DNA of 63,465 bases, counting the filler, from Octopus bimaculoides (taxonomy: Eukaryota): assembly GCF_001194135.2 (NCBI RefSeq). It is 3 parts of 3 records of this genome, joined end to end, with 100 filler letters (N's around TTAATTAATTAA, not from the genome) between each part and the next. Parts side by side here need not be neighbours in the genome. Positions count along the whole stretch, not along the records: positions 30,190 to 58,180 come from NC_068984.1; 2 more parts are not named here. One strand, written 5' to 3'. Under the pieces are notes generated by a model. That model worked only from the letters and a program-made list of their open reading frames with translations. It searched no databases and was not told the origin of the DNA. Of the stretch, positions 33,201 to 47,722 are shown in pieces. Every line of letters starts with the position of its first letter. The first letter of the stretch is position 1. The translations under genes and the position numbers were made by a program.

Positions 33201-35599
33201 TTGTGATTGTCTTGTACCTTTGTTAAAAACCAGTATCAACTACCATAAATAAAAAGTAACTGATTTTAGCTGTAGTAATTGATTAGTAATTCATAGCAAT
33301 TGATTTATAGATTTACCTATGCTATATTCAAGCATGTAAGTAATATAATTGATAGCACTCAGAATTCAGTTATCGCTGATGTTTTTCTTTTACAAAAATA
33401 TTGCATTATGCTAGTTTTCTGGAACTAAATAAAAAACCAAAGCAACTTAAAAAGAACTAAACAAAACTTTACATGAACTGGATTCAATCAAATATCTAAC
33501 TGTATAGTAAATTAGGACAATGTCATGGTAATCGTTGTGTGATCCCATCAGCCTTGCTTAAGCAGCAACTTAATTAAGATTATATAGTCTTTGTTAACCT
33601 CGTTTTTAGATCATATATTTAAAGTATCTGTATCTATACTAAGTTTCAATTGATTTGATTTCGGTTGCCATCAGATAGTAATGGCTTTTTTTGAATAGTA
33701 TAAATACAGATAGTAATGTCTTTATGAATTAAATCAATGATGTATGTGCATAGTAGATAAGGCCATTATTATACTAGATTTAAAAATAAAGGTTCCTAGA
33801 TTCCATCCTGTCTTGGACCAGACCCTGTACTTTATGTTGTAATGAGACATCTGATTATGATCAAAGATCAAATCTGTTGAAACATATTGATATAAATGTT
33901 GTAATAGATTCACTCAGATGGGATTAATAGTTTTAGAACATAGTCTTGTTACCATTTCATCAGATCAATGACACTGAACTAGCTATTTGAACAAACTGGT
34001 CCATATATCTACATTATAGTCATGATGTTTTAGATTTCAGAATTTAAAAGAAGTGATCACTAACATTTCTAATGATGTTAAGGAGTTTATTGAGGAGGAT
34101 TTGGCTGAATGCATTGAACAAATGAAGGACTTCTATTGTTTTTTGAGAGAAGATTGTTTTAAACTGCAAAATGTAACTTAGTGGATCAGATTCCAAGCTA
34201 GAATATAGAGTCTGTATTCCATTGCATGAATTATATACCATTACAATCATGTATGTTGGAGATTATTCACATTTATTTACCTAAGTATTTCTTCCATAAT
34301 TGAAATTAACTCATTATTTTCACCTCAGTTTGAATAGCCATGGATATACCACTTGTTCTGATGCATTCTATGTTTAATCTCCTACTTCATGATGTCACAC
34401 TGACAGTTAATGTCTTTTAAACTTACTGATATCTATATCTTAATAGTACTTATTTTTAACTTCCTCTGAAATGTGGAGAAGGAACTATTAACTAGGTAGT
34501 GGAAGTCAAACGTGTGGTCAAACTATCATTAAGCCATGCTCTTATTTATTTCTGAATTTCTTTTTTCATATCCTAACCTAATATGTAGATAACAACTAAT
34601 ATTCTTTACATAAACAAAAAATATATTTTATATATATATATAGCATATTTATTATTGTAATTATTAAACCTAGGTCATAGCAGAATATTGTTTTCCCTAG
34701 ATGTGTGTGTGTTGGGAAACAGTTGGTGATTTACACCATTGTTATTCATAGTTTCACATAAAGTATACATTTAATTGGTTAGATAATAGGTAGTGAATAA
34801 AGTCATGTCTGCAAAGTACTAAATTGACCAATTCTCTGTGGTCAAAGCTGATGATAATGTTCAGGTTGAAGATGACTAAACTACTGTGTTGTAATGGGAG
34901 GCTGCTGAGTGGTTATCAAGCTTGTGATCATCAAAGGTAACTACTTTGTGAAACTTATTAAATCCAATTTGAATTAGTGATCCTGGAGTTTTCAGACATT
35001 TTGAAGCTGTCCTGGAGGAATGTTGGTGATGACAGTTGGATAATATCTTTGACCTTCACTGACTACTTTAATATCTGAAACTTTTCTCCTAGCGAAAACT
35101 TGCAGTTTCATGATCCACCTATGTTTGAGGGTTTATTGATTTGATGTATAAAGTAGTTTTGTTGATCCATTGAAGTATGAAGTAGCTTTATTGATCTATT
35201 GTTTGAAGGCTCTTGGATCTTCAGTCATTGAGTCTCCATATGAATTGGGGCAGGGATTTTGAGTTTTCTATATTCCTGTTCTAAATGTGTGAAGATGCTG
35301 TTAGCAACAAAACTTGAAAGTGTTCGCAATGTGTCTCATGTAATTTTTTTCGTTATCGTTTGGGATATTATGAATTCTTGAGATACAATTGCTTTGGAGA
35401 GAGAGAGAATCCCCAAGTATCCAGCTAGAGAGATTTCAATAGTTACACGTTGACTTTTGAAATGAAGGATGTATTGGTTTGTAAGTTTAGTTGTAGCACG
35501 TTATGTAAGAAGCAGTGTGGTGTGTGTATCTGTCACTTTTTTGTTCCACTCTGGTTTCATCTACACCACAAATTCTTGACTTTTACTTAACCCCAATTT

Positions 35600-35688
<89 letters not shown>

Positions 35689-36809
35689 TGCATACTATAT
35701 AACCAGATGTTACTAAAGTCTTACCCGTTAGCAGAAAATATATATAGAATAGATACAAATAAATACCAAACAAAAGCACAATTGTAAAATTTATTGTTGT
35801 TGTTTTCATCATCATCATCATCACCACCACCAGAGAATCTTTCATTTAAAGGAAGTTTAAAAATTACATTCTCAAGGAAATAGGGCAGTAATATCATATT
35901 TGACAACGATTCATATGCAAAACATTAAATCCTCAAGTATTCTCCATTTTAAAACATGATTTTTTAAAATTCATCTTCCAATTCTTTGGCATTGAGAGGG
36001 ATTTGCTGAAACGTCTGTCTCCATGAGTTTATTTAATTCACTATTTTTGACATTTTATTGTTATTTGTTTTTAATCTTTCATAAAGTTTTAGGCAGGCTG
36101 TTGAAAAAAATTATTGTTTCTGTCAATTTAACTGTTTACTCTTCCTTACTAATTTAGATCATCATATTTGGGTACAACTAATTCCAAAGTGTTCAAGATA
36201 CAATAATAAGACATAATTATTAATGATAGCAATAATGATCTCTTTTGATTTGTCACAATGACTACAGATGAGGGAGGTATTTTATAGACAGGTTTATATG
36301 TTTGTGTCTCTTTGTCTTGACATTGTGTGATAGCAGCACTGTTTCAGCAGATGTAGTTTATTACTTTCTAGAAACTTATAAAACTTAATTCTGAGCGGGT
36401 TTACAGAAGAGTAGCCATAGCCATAGTAGCTATTATATAATTCTTTGTTTTTTTGGAGGGGGGGGGGTGTTGTCTTCCTCCAGTTATAATTTTTGAAAAG
36501 TATTATTCCTGTTGTTTGTTGTTGTTATTGTTGTTTCTTTCTACCATGGGATTTTGTGGGTGTTTTGGGGTCTCTTTGTTTCATATTTCACAACATGGAA
36601 TCAGTTTTCCATTGAGTATAAAGTAAATTTTCTATTTCATTTTTGTTTCTTGATAGATATAAGAAATATGGATATACCAATGAAGCATATTGAAGAAACT
36701 GATTTATAACTGACTACAGTGTTAATTATATGATTTCATAATTAAGAGCAAAAAGAAAATTACAATTTAGCATTTTGATTATTTTTTTAAGCTCAAAATT
36801 CAATATAGT

Positions 36810-37760
36810 TCATAAATTTGTATTAGATCTGTGAAAATATTCATTTGCCATTTGTTTCTTTACTGTAACATAAAATTGTTGAACTATCCCACCCCATTCT
36901 TCACCACATTTATCCAATCTTAGCAGTATGTTCCCTAGTTCATTAATTCCACTGATATTTCTTAAAATTGCTACATTTTGCAATAGCTTTCTGTATATCT
37001 TACTCAATGTTGATATACTGCAGACAGCCTCAAAACTGCAGTATTCATCTTGTATAGATGTAGAAGCTGAAAAGCACAGAATCAGTACCAGATGAAAAGC
37101 ATCCAGCTGCAGCAGTGGAGTTGCTAAATCTGGATTTTTGCATCTTTGCATGTCATCAGTAGCAGGCATACACTGACAACAAACATGCTTAGACAAATTT
37201 AGCCTCTACTGATGTAGAAAAACTGTGATTAGCAAATCACTGGAGTTATAAATTGTTGGCAGGCTTAGTGACAGAGGCAGTATTAGTTCAGAATAACATT
37301 CTATATATCTTACTTAATGTAGATATACTGTAAGAAAGCTACAACATTGCAGTGTTCATCTAAAGAAGGCTTCTCATTTTGACATTTAATGCTGAAAAGA
37401 ATGCTATTCTGAACCATACTGCTTCTGTCACTAATTGCAAATTATCTTTCACGTTTATGTGATATTCAACCAAGTTTTCACTCAGTTTTTGTATTCAGTT
37501 TCAAGTATTTCTTCAAAAGAAGTTTTTGTTTCATTTCCAAAATGGTTAAAAATTATAAGTATTCCATCGTAATCATCACACTGTTGATGACGTATACATG
37601 TAGCCATACATTCTTCGAACGTGATAGCAGCTGCAACAGGATAGTTTTCAATAAAATATTTTAAATTCTCCATTGTGAAGTCCGAGCCAATCCTCACATC
37701 AATCATCAGAACTGAGTATATGGTCAAAGACCGATCAAATTGTTTATTACATGATTCATT
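36810..37760 (-). pseudogene. Unidentified coding-like region with frameshifts and an internal duplication
   Basis: Two non-repetitive ORF segments (81 and 128 aa) with protein-like composition, linked by a frameshifted stretch. SISTLSKIYR occurs twice. Not identifiable by eye. Confidence 0.4.
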
Positions 37761-38559
37761 TCAAAGTTACCTTCAGGAATATTCTTAGCTATTGTTTTAC
37801 AACATTTGTTTGTTTGTTGATTTCTTTTGATACAATGAAAATGTAGTTAAAGTTGGGTATTTCAGGGTAATAGTGGAGTGGAGTATGATGATCATTGGTA
37901 TTTAAAGGACAAATATTGATTGAATTTTATGTGCAAGGTGTACCGCATGAATAAAGTTTTGTGGAAGGAGACATTTGAGGAACCTCTTTCTCTGCCTTTG
38001 TTTATTTCTCTCCCTCTCTCTCTCAATATCACCCTCTAAATTCTAAATTACAACTGCTAACTCACTTGGTTGTGTAGTTGTTCTATGTATTTCCTTTTTG
38101 TATTTACGCCTATGTGAACTGGGCAGTTGAGAATTAAGTGTCTATATTATCAGGGACACATTTCAGCAACAAGATACAAATCATCGATACTTCAATCAAC
38201 ATCCTACAGACTTGGCCAGCTGTTGCACTCAAAGATGTTTTGAGATAAATATCTATAATTTTTTTGTAAACAATTATTTGTGTTCACTAGAATTTATTTG
38301 TAGAACATGAGCTAATTTTGGTGATGTTTCAACAACCTTGTGAACCAGTCTGTTTTTTGAAAATAGGAAATTTATGCAATAATTCTTTTAGAATGTTTTT
38401 AAAAATTTCTTTTAATCATTAAAAAAATATTTTAATGAAGAAATCTATATTCTCAGTGGAATTCATTTTTGTATGAAATATTTTGTTATTTTCAATCAAA
38501 TCAAGTCATTACTCTCCTACTATTTTCTTTTTTAACTTTTCTTTCTATAATTTTCAACT

Positions 38560-38760
38560 TTGAGGTTCCTGATCTCCAACTTTTTATCAGATCAATCCAG
38601 TTCATCCCTCCATCTTGTCGTATTTTGTTTGTTTTTACGGACTCTTAGAATTCACTCAATCAGTGCCATTATTTATTGGCACTCATCCTGTGGACATGTC
38701 CAGCCCAAATCCCATTTCAATAATTTTATAAATTCGACAATGATACTAGTTTCGATTTTC
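38560..38760 (-). mobile_element. Old RTE LINE C-terminal fragment
   Basis: KWDL/AGHVHRM ... TRWRDEL resembles RTE KWxWAGHVxR...RWxDEL. Confidence 0.55.
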
Positions 38761-39044
38761 TTAAAATTTATTTCATTGTTTTATATTCTCTAAGCATAAT
38801 GTATTTGTGACTGTGTTGTTCTTAGCTTTCTTGTCATGTCTTTTGTTAAGTTTCATGTTTCTGCACTATAAGAATTTTTTCTCAGGAGTCAAGGAGTCAA
38901 TTTATTAATGTCCGTTCTTGTTTAAAGGAACTCAGCTGAGTATCATTTGTTTTACATCTTAATTCTTGTTAACTGGCTTAGTCAGTATGCCATGCCCCAG
39001 GTATCATTTCTAAACTGTCATCTCAATAAACTTTGCTGGTGATG

Positions 39045-39395
39045 TCAGTCTTTTATTCTTTTCCTAGTTTCTGTCATTGAACTGTGGACATGCTAGGGCA
39101 CTGCCTTCATGAATTTTAGTCAGCCTGGTACTTATTTATCAATCTCTTTCTTTAATGGCTAAGTTGGATTTTGATGTAAAGGGACACAAGTCAATGCATC
39201 ATTTTTACACCAGTGCACACAGATACACACACATTTGGAATGGGCTTCTGCATAGCTTCTGTCTACCAAATTTTACTCACAAAGCATTGGTCCACTTGTA
39301 GCTATAATAGAGGACACTTGCCCAAGCTGCTATACAGTGGGATCAAACCCAGAACCATGTAGTTGAGAAGCAAACTTCTTAACCACACAGCCATG
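39045..39395 (-). mobile_element. SINE family A (diverged)
   Basis: Tail and head blocks are recognisable. Confidence 0.7.
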
Positions 39396-39824
39396 TTTGA
39401 ACCATATTCATTTAATATATTTTACAAGGTTCTAAGTTTCTGATTTTGGCATTTATATTTTTGAAGCTCGTCAATTAGCTTGTGCCTTTTTGCATATAAT
39501 TTTTGCATATAATANNNNNNNNNNNNNNNNNNNNNNNNNNNNNNNNNNNNNNNNNNNNNNNNNNNNNNNNNNNNNNNNNNNNNNNNNNNNNNNNNNNNNN
39601 NNNNNNNNNNNNNNNNNNNNNNNNNNNNNNNNNNNNNNNNNNNNNNNNNNNNNNNNNNNNNNNNNNNNNNNNNNNNNNNNNNNNNNNNNNNNNNNNNNNN
39701 NNNNNNNNNNNNNNNNNNNNNNNNNNNNNNNNNNNNNNNNNNNNNNNNNNNNNNNNNNNNNNNNNNNNNNNNNNNNNNNNNNNNNNNNNNNNNNNNNNNN
39801 NNNNNNNNNNNNNNNNNNNNNNNN

Positions 39825-39858
<34 letters not shown>

Positions 39859-41665
39859 GGAAATATTCTTTCAGAGTTTAAGAGCTATTTGAAGATAATA
39901 TAGTTATGTATATCGTTCTAAAATATCTGTTACAATATAATTTGTTCATCAGGTTTCATCTAATATTCCAGTTTGTCATCTATCACACACACACACACAC
40001 ACACAACTATCTATGTCGGAATCATCTTATTGAGAGGCACTGGCTGTGAATTTAAAATACTGAAAACTGAATGCATTATCATGAATTCTGACCTTACTGC
40101 GTCCACTGTGTTATGCCTCTGGGTAAGGCACATAACTCTACTTATCTCAAACTATTTGACAGTAAGTCTTGCTTTTACTTCATAAATGCTGGGGTTTCAA
40201 AGTTGGAAGGACATCCAACGATAAAAATAAGCTATTTCAACAAGTATACCCTGTATCCAAATTAACCAAAAGCCATCCTACTTATGCTGGTACACAAACA
40301 TGGATGCCAAAATTTCTGAACATAGCAAAATACATCAGTTGCCTTTTAGAGATTTAAATGTTACATTCTTGTTTATACACTAACTTGAATTTATTAATGT
40401 AGAAAGTCATTTTTCTATTGTCAAGAAAATACTTCTGCAGATTTAAATATCTAGAAATGTTACTTTATAAGGGAAAAGGAAACATCTTAGTCATTTTTAA
40501 CTCTTGCCATGTTAAATAGTTGCTAACAAGTTTACTATTAAAATGAAAATAACTCAATAAAAATTGGAAAAAAAAAGAAAATATACATATATATATATAT
40601 GTTAAAAAGAAACGTTTAATCAAAAGATTAGATTTTAAAAATATCATGGAAATAAAAACAAAATGAAAACAATTTTGACAAAAACTTAAATTACAAAATT
40701 GGGAAAGAAAAATCTCTCTCTGTGTCTGCCTCTCTCATTCTCTATCTATCTATCTATCTCTCTATCTGTGTATGTGTGTGTGTATATATATATATATATA
40801 TNNNNNNNNNNNNNNNNNNNNNNNNNNNNNNNNNNNNNNNNNNNNNNNNNNNNNNNNNNNNNNNNNNNNNNNNNNNNNNNNNNNNNNNNNNNNNNNNNNN
40901 NNNNNNNNNNNNNNNNNNNNNNNNNNNNNNNNNNNNNNNNNNNNNNNNNNNNNNNNNNNNNNNNNNNNNNNNNNNNNNNNNAAAAAATTAAAAAAAAAAA
41001 AAAAACCAAAAATGTTTCAATTAATTTGAAAATGAAAATGTATTGGTTTCTTTATTGACCTTCATTATGGTCTTGTCCTCAACTATAATATATCAACATA
41101 TAATAATACTCTGGCTTTTTCATTATTACAATACTAAGAGATGAACTCTGTATAAACTTTCATTTTTGTCTTTCATTCAGAACATTTTGTAAATAATGTG
41201 TGTGCGCATGTGTTTGTATGTGTGTGTGTGCATGTGTTTGTATGTGTGTGTGTGCATGCACACAAATGAAATAGTCATTGATGCCACACTATTACTTTTG
41301 TTTCTTAAACCTCTATTTGTTACCAGCTTTTCACTGTAACTTCTACATTCTTATCCTTGTTACCATTGCATATTTTGTGATTTAAAGCAGCACAAACTGT
41401 TCGTTTTTGTTTTACCAGAGACCTGCAATTATATATACTGGTAAATCACTAATGAGAAAGATAAAGGTAAATGTATAACATGAGATGTTCCATAGTAGTT
41501 TTTCATGTTTTTTGTTTTTTGCAAGGAAAACTACTCTAAATCTGTGAATCAAAATGTGTTTTTTGTTGTATCTATGTCTGGAAAGGTTAAATTGTTTTTA
41601 AATATTAACACACCTTTCAGTGTTTAACTTTTATTTCTGTTTATGTAATTATAAATTCCTTGTAA

Positions 41666-41702
<37 letters not shown>

Positions 41703-42292
41703 TACATACACACACACTGTTAATATTCATATGCATGTATGTGCTTATTTCTTTATGTAGAAAAGAAATCTTCATAAACTTGTTGTAAATGCTACAGCAA
41801 ATGGTAGAGTACTGGGAAAAAAATGACTTGCAGCATTTAGTTGCATCTTTTTATGTTCTGAGTTCAAACCCGCACCTCACCTTGCGTCTTGCATTTATTG
41901 GGAGCAAATATGCCTTTACCTCCTTTCAAGGTTGATTATTATTTATGTCAAAGGAAACGGTTTCTTAAGTCCACCTGTATTGCATTTCCTGGCAATAATA
42001 TCTAGGAACCCTTTCTTTACCATCTACTACAACTGCAGTAGACTGAAAGTTTTAAAGGGTAATTATTAAAAACAAATATTTTATAATGGCAGAAAATGAA
42101 AAGAAACTCTATGACTGAAAGGTGTTGACTGCTTCAACTTTATGAATATTTTTGCTGGAGATGCCTTCAGCACTTTCTTCTGGCTGCTTTACACTGTCTA
42201 TATCTTTCAAAGTAAATGACAATCTTAGAATTTCTCAAATCAACTTTTCTGGGCCCAACCTTCCATTATCATCATATATATATATGTCTCCA

Positions 42293-42656
42293 CTGAGGTT
42301 GACTTTGCCGTTCATCCTTTCAGGATTGAATAAAAAGGCACTATTCGAGTACTGGGGTTGATGTAATTGACTATACCCTCCCCAATTTCAAGCTTTGTAC
42401 CTTTAGTAGAAAGGATTATTGTTATTATTATCATTATTGAAGGCAGTGAGCTGAGCTAGCAGAATTGTTAGTATGCCAGGCAAGATGCTTAGCAACATTC
42501 CATCTGTCTTTGTGTTCTGAGTTCAGATTCTGCTGAGGTCTACTTTGCCTGTCATCCTTTCAGGTTTGATAAAATAAGTACCAGTTGAGCACTGGGATCA
42601 ATATAATTGACTAGCCCCTCCTCCAAAATTTCAGGCCTTGTGCTTTAGTAGAAAGG

Positions 42657-42707
<51 letters not shown>

Positions 42708-42915
42708 GGTAAGCTGACAGAATCATTAGCGCACTGGATGACATCCTTAACGGCATTTCGCCCGTCGCTACATTCTGAATTCAAATTCCGCCGAGTTTGA
42801 CTTTGCCTTTCATCCTTTCTGGTTCAATAAAATAAGTACCAGCTGAACACTGGGGTGGAAGTAATCAACTCATCCCCACCTCCCCCAAGCTGCCCTTGTG
42901 GTAAAAATTTGAAAT
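42293..42915 (+). mobile_element. Head-to-tail cluster of three family B SINEs separated by (ATT)n tails
   Basis: Central domain recurs at ~42295, ~42535 and ~42795. Confidence 0.8.
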
Positions 42916-42945
42916 AATAATAATAATAATAATTATTATTATTAT

Positions 42946-42978
<33 letters not shown>

Positions 42979-43604
42979 CAGCAGCAGCAGTAGTAGAATT
43001 TTTCCTGTAATCATAACAAATAATTGAATAATTGGTATCTAGTTTCCTTTCTAGCAATTTAAGAGGAAATTTTTGTTTTTTAGTCAGTGGGTCTTTTTTT
43101 CTTTTTCTAATTTAGACCTGAAAAATCTGTTCAGTATACATTTATTAAAAAAGTGTATGTGTGTGTATCTAGTATCAATTCATGCCATTTATTTAAACTC
43201 TGCTCTTATCTGCTTATTTCAATACAGAAGTTATATCTTCTTTATACTTTAACCTTTTATTCAAAGTGAGAGAGAAGGGATGTATGTGCATGTATTAGTG
43301 TTTCTGTGTGTGTGTGTTTGTATGTATTCATGTGACAATTACAACAAACCTGGGAAAAATCATTAAATTCTGTTGAGTTTGAAATTTAAACAATGCAAAA
43401 TTCTGGTTCTACAGTCCAATATAGAAACATATTTCCCATTAATGGTAGAACATTCTTGTTTTTCAATGCCATTTAATTTCTCTAAGATTTGGTCATGAAG
43501 TCAATGTCTACAGTACTTATTGTATGTTAGTGTGCTCATGTACATTTGAGCATGTGTACATTTTCTTGTGTTATCCTCTCTCTCCTCCGTGTAGGTGTAT
43601 ATAG

Positions 43605-43639
<35 letters not shown>

Positions 43640-45816
43640 TATGTTTGTATGTGTAAATGTGTATTCATGCATGCACACATCCACATATATAAGTTAAATT
43701 AATGAAATATTTTGTTTCCACAGTGTTCCATAATTGCCCCACTTTTTACATAGTATGTCATACATATTACATTCTTTTGATTACTGTACATACGAGTTGT
43801 AAAATTTATTCACTTTACTTTTTATCTTTTAATCCCCCCCCCCCTCCCAATATTATATTTGTACAGTTTTGGAAATATCTATATATGTCTGATATCCATC
43901 ATATCTGATATTAGCAATGTAGTGTAGTTTACAAGAAAAAAAAAATAATAATAAACGTAGAGGATTGCCTCTATTAACAAGTAGAAGGGGAAAAATAACC
44001 CGTTTAAGCTCATTAATAAATCAGTTTCTTTTTATTAAGAAGATATTCTTTTTCATTTACATTTAAATATTCATTTATATGTTTCATTGTTTCATAGAAT
44101 AGATTTGTTATTTATTGTTGTTGTTAACCATAATAATGCTTATCATTGTCATAATAATAATCATCATCTTTATCATCATCATTATCCTATACAATTTTAT
44201 CAACTATTTTATGCTGATGACACTTCTGATGGTAATGAAATTTATTCAGCCAGATTGGACAATAAATGATTTTCAAAAGTTTCTAACTATTTTGCCATTG
44301 GCTAAGATACTTTAGCACTTTTGTGATTCTCTTATTGTCATGTTTTTACAACCCTTTATCATCAATTGTTGACAAAAGTTTGTTCCAAAGTTTTGTGTCA
44401 TACATGTTATCTTAACATTGTAAATAATCCTTATTCAACATAAATAAATAATTTCTCTCTCTCTCTCTCTCTCCTTCATGTGTGTGTGTGTGTATACATA
44501 CATACATATAATATATATCCCTCTCTTATTCTTTTACTCATTTGACATCATTTTACTTTAGATGCCCTGTACATTACTAAAGATAACCATTGCACACTCA
44601 AGTGCATGCACACACACACACACACACACACACATGTATATATATTGTTTGACTCTCAATGCAGTCTTTCCTTTAAACAGCTTTTATTACTTGTGTGGTT
44701 TATCTTTATAAAAAGATAAAAGGTTCAGGAATTTAGTTTTTCTTTTTTTTTTCCACCTTTAAACTAAATATCAATAAAAGCCATGTGATGTAAGTTAATT
44801 TTTATTTAATCGATGATTAATCTACCAAAAAATTATTTTATTTGTTTACGTGGATACAAAATTCACCTAAAAATTTCCTATGAACTATAAATATTTTTGT
44901 GTGGCTTAAGGGCTTAAGAGAAATTAAATATTGTTTACTCTTTCAATTTAATTTCTCAGTTTAGTTTATGGCTCAGTATCAGAACTGTCTTCTCTTCGTT
45001 GTCAATGTGTTTGCGATTTACTACCCTTTGATGATGCATTAATGTTTTGAGAAGAAAAAAGTTTTTATAAACCTTAATTCCCCCCTACCATCACCACCAC
45101 CACTATCAACTGATTTGACTTCTGCAATTATAGTTTACCGCACATTTTAATGGACCAGTAGTATTGAGAGATTCCATTTAAATCTAGTTCATCGACGTCT
45201 CTCTCTCTCTCTCTCTCTCCTCTTCTCTCCCTCTCTTTTCTTTCTCCACTTTGTAGATTATTTTTGAATTGTCTAATTCAAATATTTTAAATCTTTGTTG
45301 TTGGAATTGTTATATAAAAGTTGTAATCAAAATGAAAATGTATTAAGTGTGAGGCTTAAAAAAAATATGATGAAAGAAAACATGAAAATTTAGTACAAGC
45401 AGTCAAATTAAACTTCATTGTTCCATGCAAAGTTTTCTTTAAAAATCACCTAATTTGTATTTCAAAGAATGTTTTGCAAGTGTTAGCTACTGTTGTTAAA
45501 TTAAACTAGTAATATTGTTTGGTTAACCTTTTGCATGCTGCAGGCTACTGTGGTCATCATATATTGTTTATTATTATTACTATGTCATACTACTACTTAT
45601 TGTATGTTGTATGTATCTTTGACCTTTATTTTGGCTTGTTTGGGGTTATTGTTGTTGTTGTTGGATGGAGGGGGGGTCTTCTAAAACAATCAGATGCAAA
45701 ATTTTTACAAATGCTCCCAAATAGATTTCAAAAGAAGACAAAAAGAAGAAAAAAAAACACTGAATTTTGTTGGTGTCTTTTTCTCATGTTAAGATAGAAC
45801 TTTAAATGTTTAAAAC

Positions 45817-45848
<32 letters not shown>

Positions 45849-46127
45849 NNNNNNNNNNNNNNNNNNNNNNNNNNNNNNNNNNNNNNNNNNNNNNNNNNNN
45901 NNNNNNNNNNNNNNNNNNNNNNNNNNNNNNNNNNNNNNNNNNNNNNNNNNNNNNNNNNNNNNNNNNNNNNNNNNNNNNNNNNNNNNNNNNNNNNNNNNNN
46001 NNNNNNNNNNNNNNNNNNNNNNNNNNNNNNNNNNNNNNNNNNNNNNNNNNNNNNNNNNNNNNNNNNNNNNNNNNNNNNNNNNNNNNNNNNNNNNNNNNNN
46101 NNNNNNNNNNNNNNNNNNNNNNNNNNN

Positions 46128-46167
<40 letters not shown>

Positions 46168-47722
46168 CGATTGGATTTTATTTGCCCCACTTATTGTTTA
46201 TTTTATTTCTTTTCCAAAAGAAAAAAACAACAAAAAGAATATATAAATCATGAATTTCTGTTAATACAGAGGTTAGATATATAAATATATATATATATAT
46301 TTTTCTAATAAGTCTTTCTTAAAAAATTAATTACAAAAAAAAAAGAGAAATATTATAAAATAAATTAAATAAATAAATATATGAAGAAAAAAAAAATCAG
46401 TAAAAAAAAAAAAACAGGGGAAAAAAATTACTTACATAAAAACTGATAATTTAGAGAAATCAAAGAGAATGTCTTGAATAAAGAAATGTTGACCACTAAC
46501 TCAATTGATTGTAGAAACGAATAAGAAAGGATTGTCCAATATGAAAGATAAAATAAACATTGTTTATTTGTTTGTGGCTCAGTGCTGTGTATCTTAACAA
46601 AAATTTGTTGGGTGTAGTTGGTGGAGACCTGTTTGAATAGTGGAACAAATTAACAAGGAAGGGATTGTTATTAGAAGTTATAAAAACATTATTAAAAAAC
46701 AAAAAAAAATATTAAAACTGTAATTGCTCAGGGATAAGATTTTTACAAGTCAGATGGTGCGAAAGAAGAGGAAAAGAAAGGAAACTATTTTATTGCCTCA
46801 TTAATATAATGCATGCGTGTGTGTACACATGCACATGTTTGTGCATAAATATATATATATGTATATGAATATGTGTGGATGTGTGAGTATGTGTATGTGT
46901 GTGTGTATATGTATATGAGTATATTACAAATGTATATGTATGTGTATATATANNNNNNNNNNNNNNNNNNNNNNNNNNNNNNNNNNNNNNNNNNNNNNNN
47001 NNNNNNNNNNNNNNNNNNNNNNNNNNNNNNNNNNNNNNNNNNNNNNNNNNNNNNNNNNNNNNNNNNNNNNNNNNNNNNNNNNNNNNNNNNNNNNNNNNNN
47101 NNNNNNNNNNNNNNNNNNNNNNNNNNNNNNNNNNNNNNNNNNNNNNNNNNNNNNNNNNNNNNNNNNNNNNNNNNNNNNNNNNNNNNNNNNNNNNNNNNNN
47201 NNNNNNNNNNNNNNNNNNNNNNNNNNNNNNNNNNNNNNNNNNNNNNNNNNNNNNNNNNNNNNNNNNNNNNNNNNNNNNNNNNNNNNNNNNNNNNNNNNNN
47301 NNNNNNNNNNNNNNNNNNNNNNNNNNNNNNNNNNNNNNNNNNNNNNNNNNNNNNNNNNNNNNNNNNNNNNNNNNNNNNNNNNNNNNNNNNNNNNNNNNNN
47401 NNNNNNNNNNNNNNNNNNNNNNNNNNNNNNNNNNNNNNNNNNNNNNNNNNNNNNNNNNNNNNNNNNNNNNNNNNNNNNNNNNNNNNNNNNNNNNNNNNNN
47501 NNNNNNNNNNNNNNNNNNNNNNNNNNNNNNNNNNNNNNNNNNNNNNNNNNNNNNNNNNNNNNNNNNNNNNNNNNNNNNNNNNNNNNNNNNNNNNNNNNNN
47601 NNNNNNNNNNNNNNNNNNNNNNNNNNNNNNNNNNNNNNNNNNNNNNNNNNNNNNNNNNNNNNNNNNNNNNNNNNNTATATATATATATGTATGTATGTAT
47701 TATATATGCATGCATATGTACA

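Noticed and set aside
35980-36025. GAAACGTCTGTC hammerhead-like 3' half
   Set aside because: Core and stem II too degenerate to support.
37482-37727. Faint resemblance to the post-ankyrin linker of TRPA channels
   Set aside because: Only a few matching residues; no ankyrin or TM segments nearby.
44210-44240. YADD peptide and CTGATGA...GAAA motif
   Set aside because: No other RT motifs around it; no stem I or stable stem II for a ribozyme.
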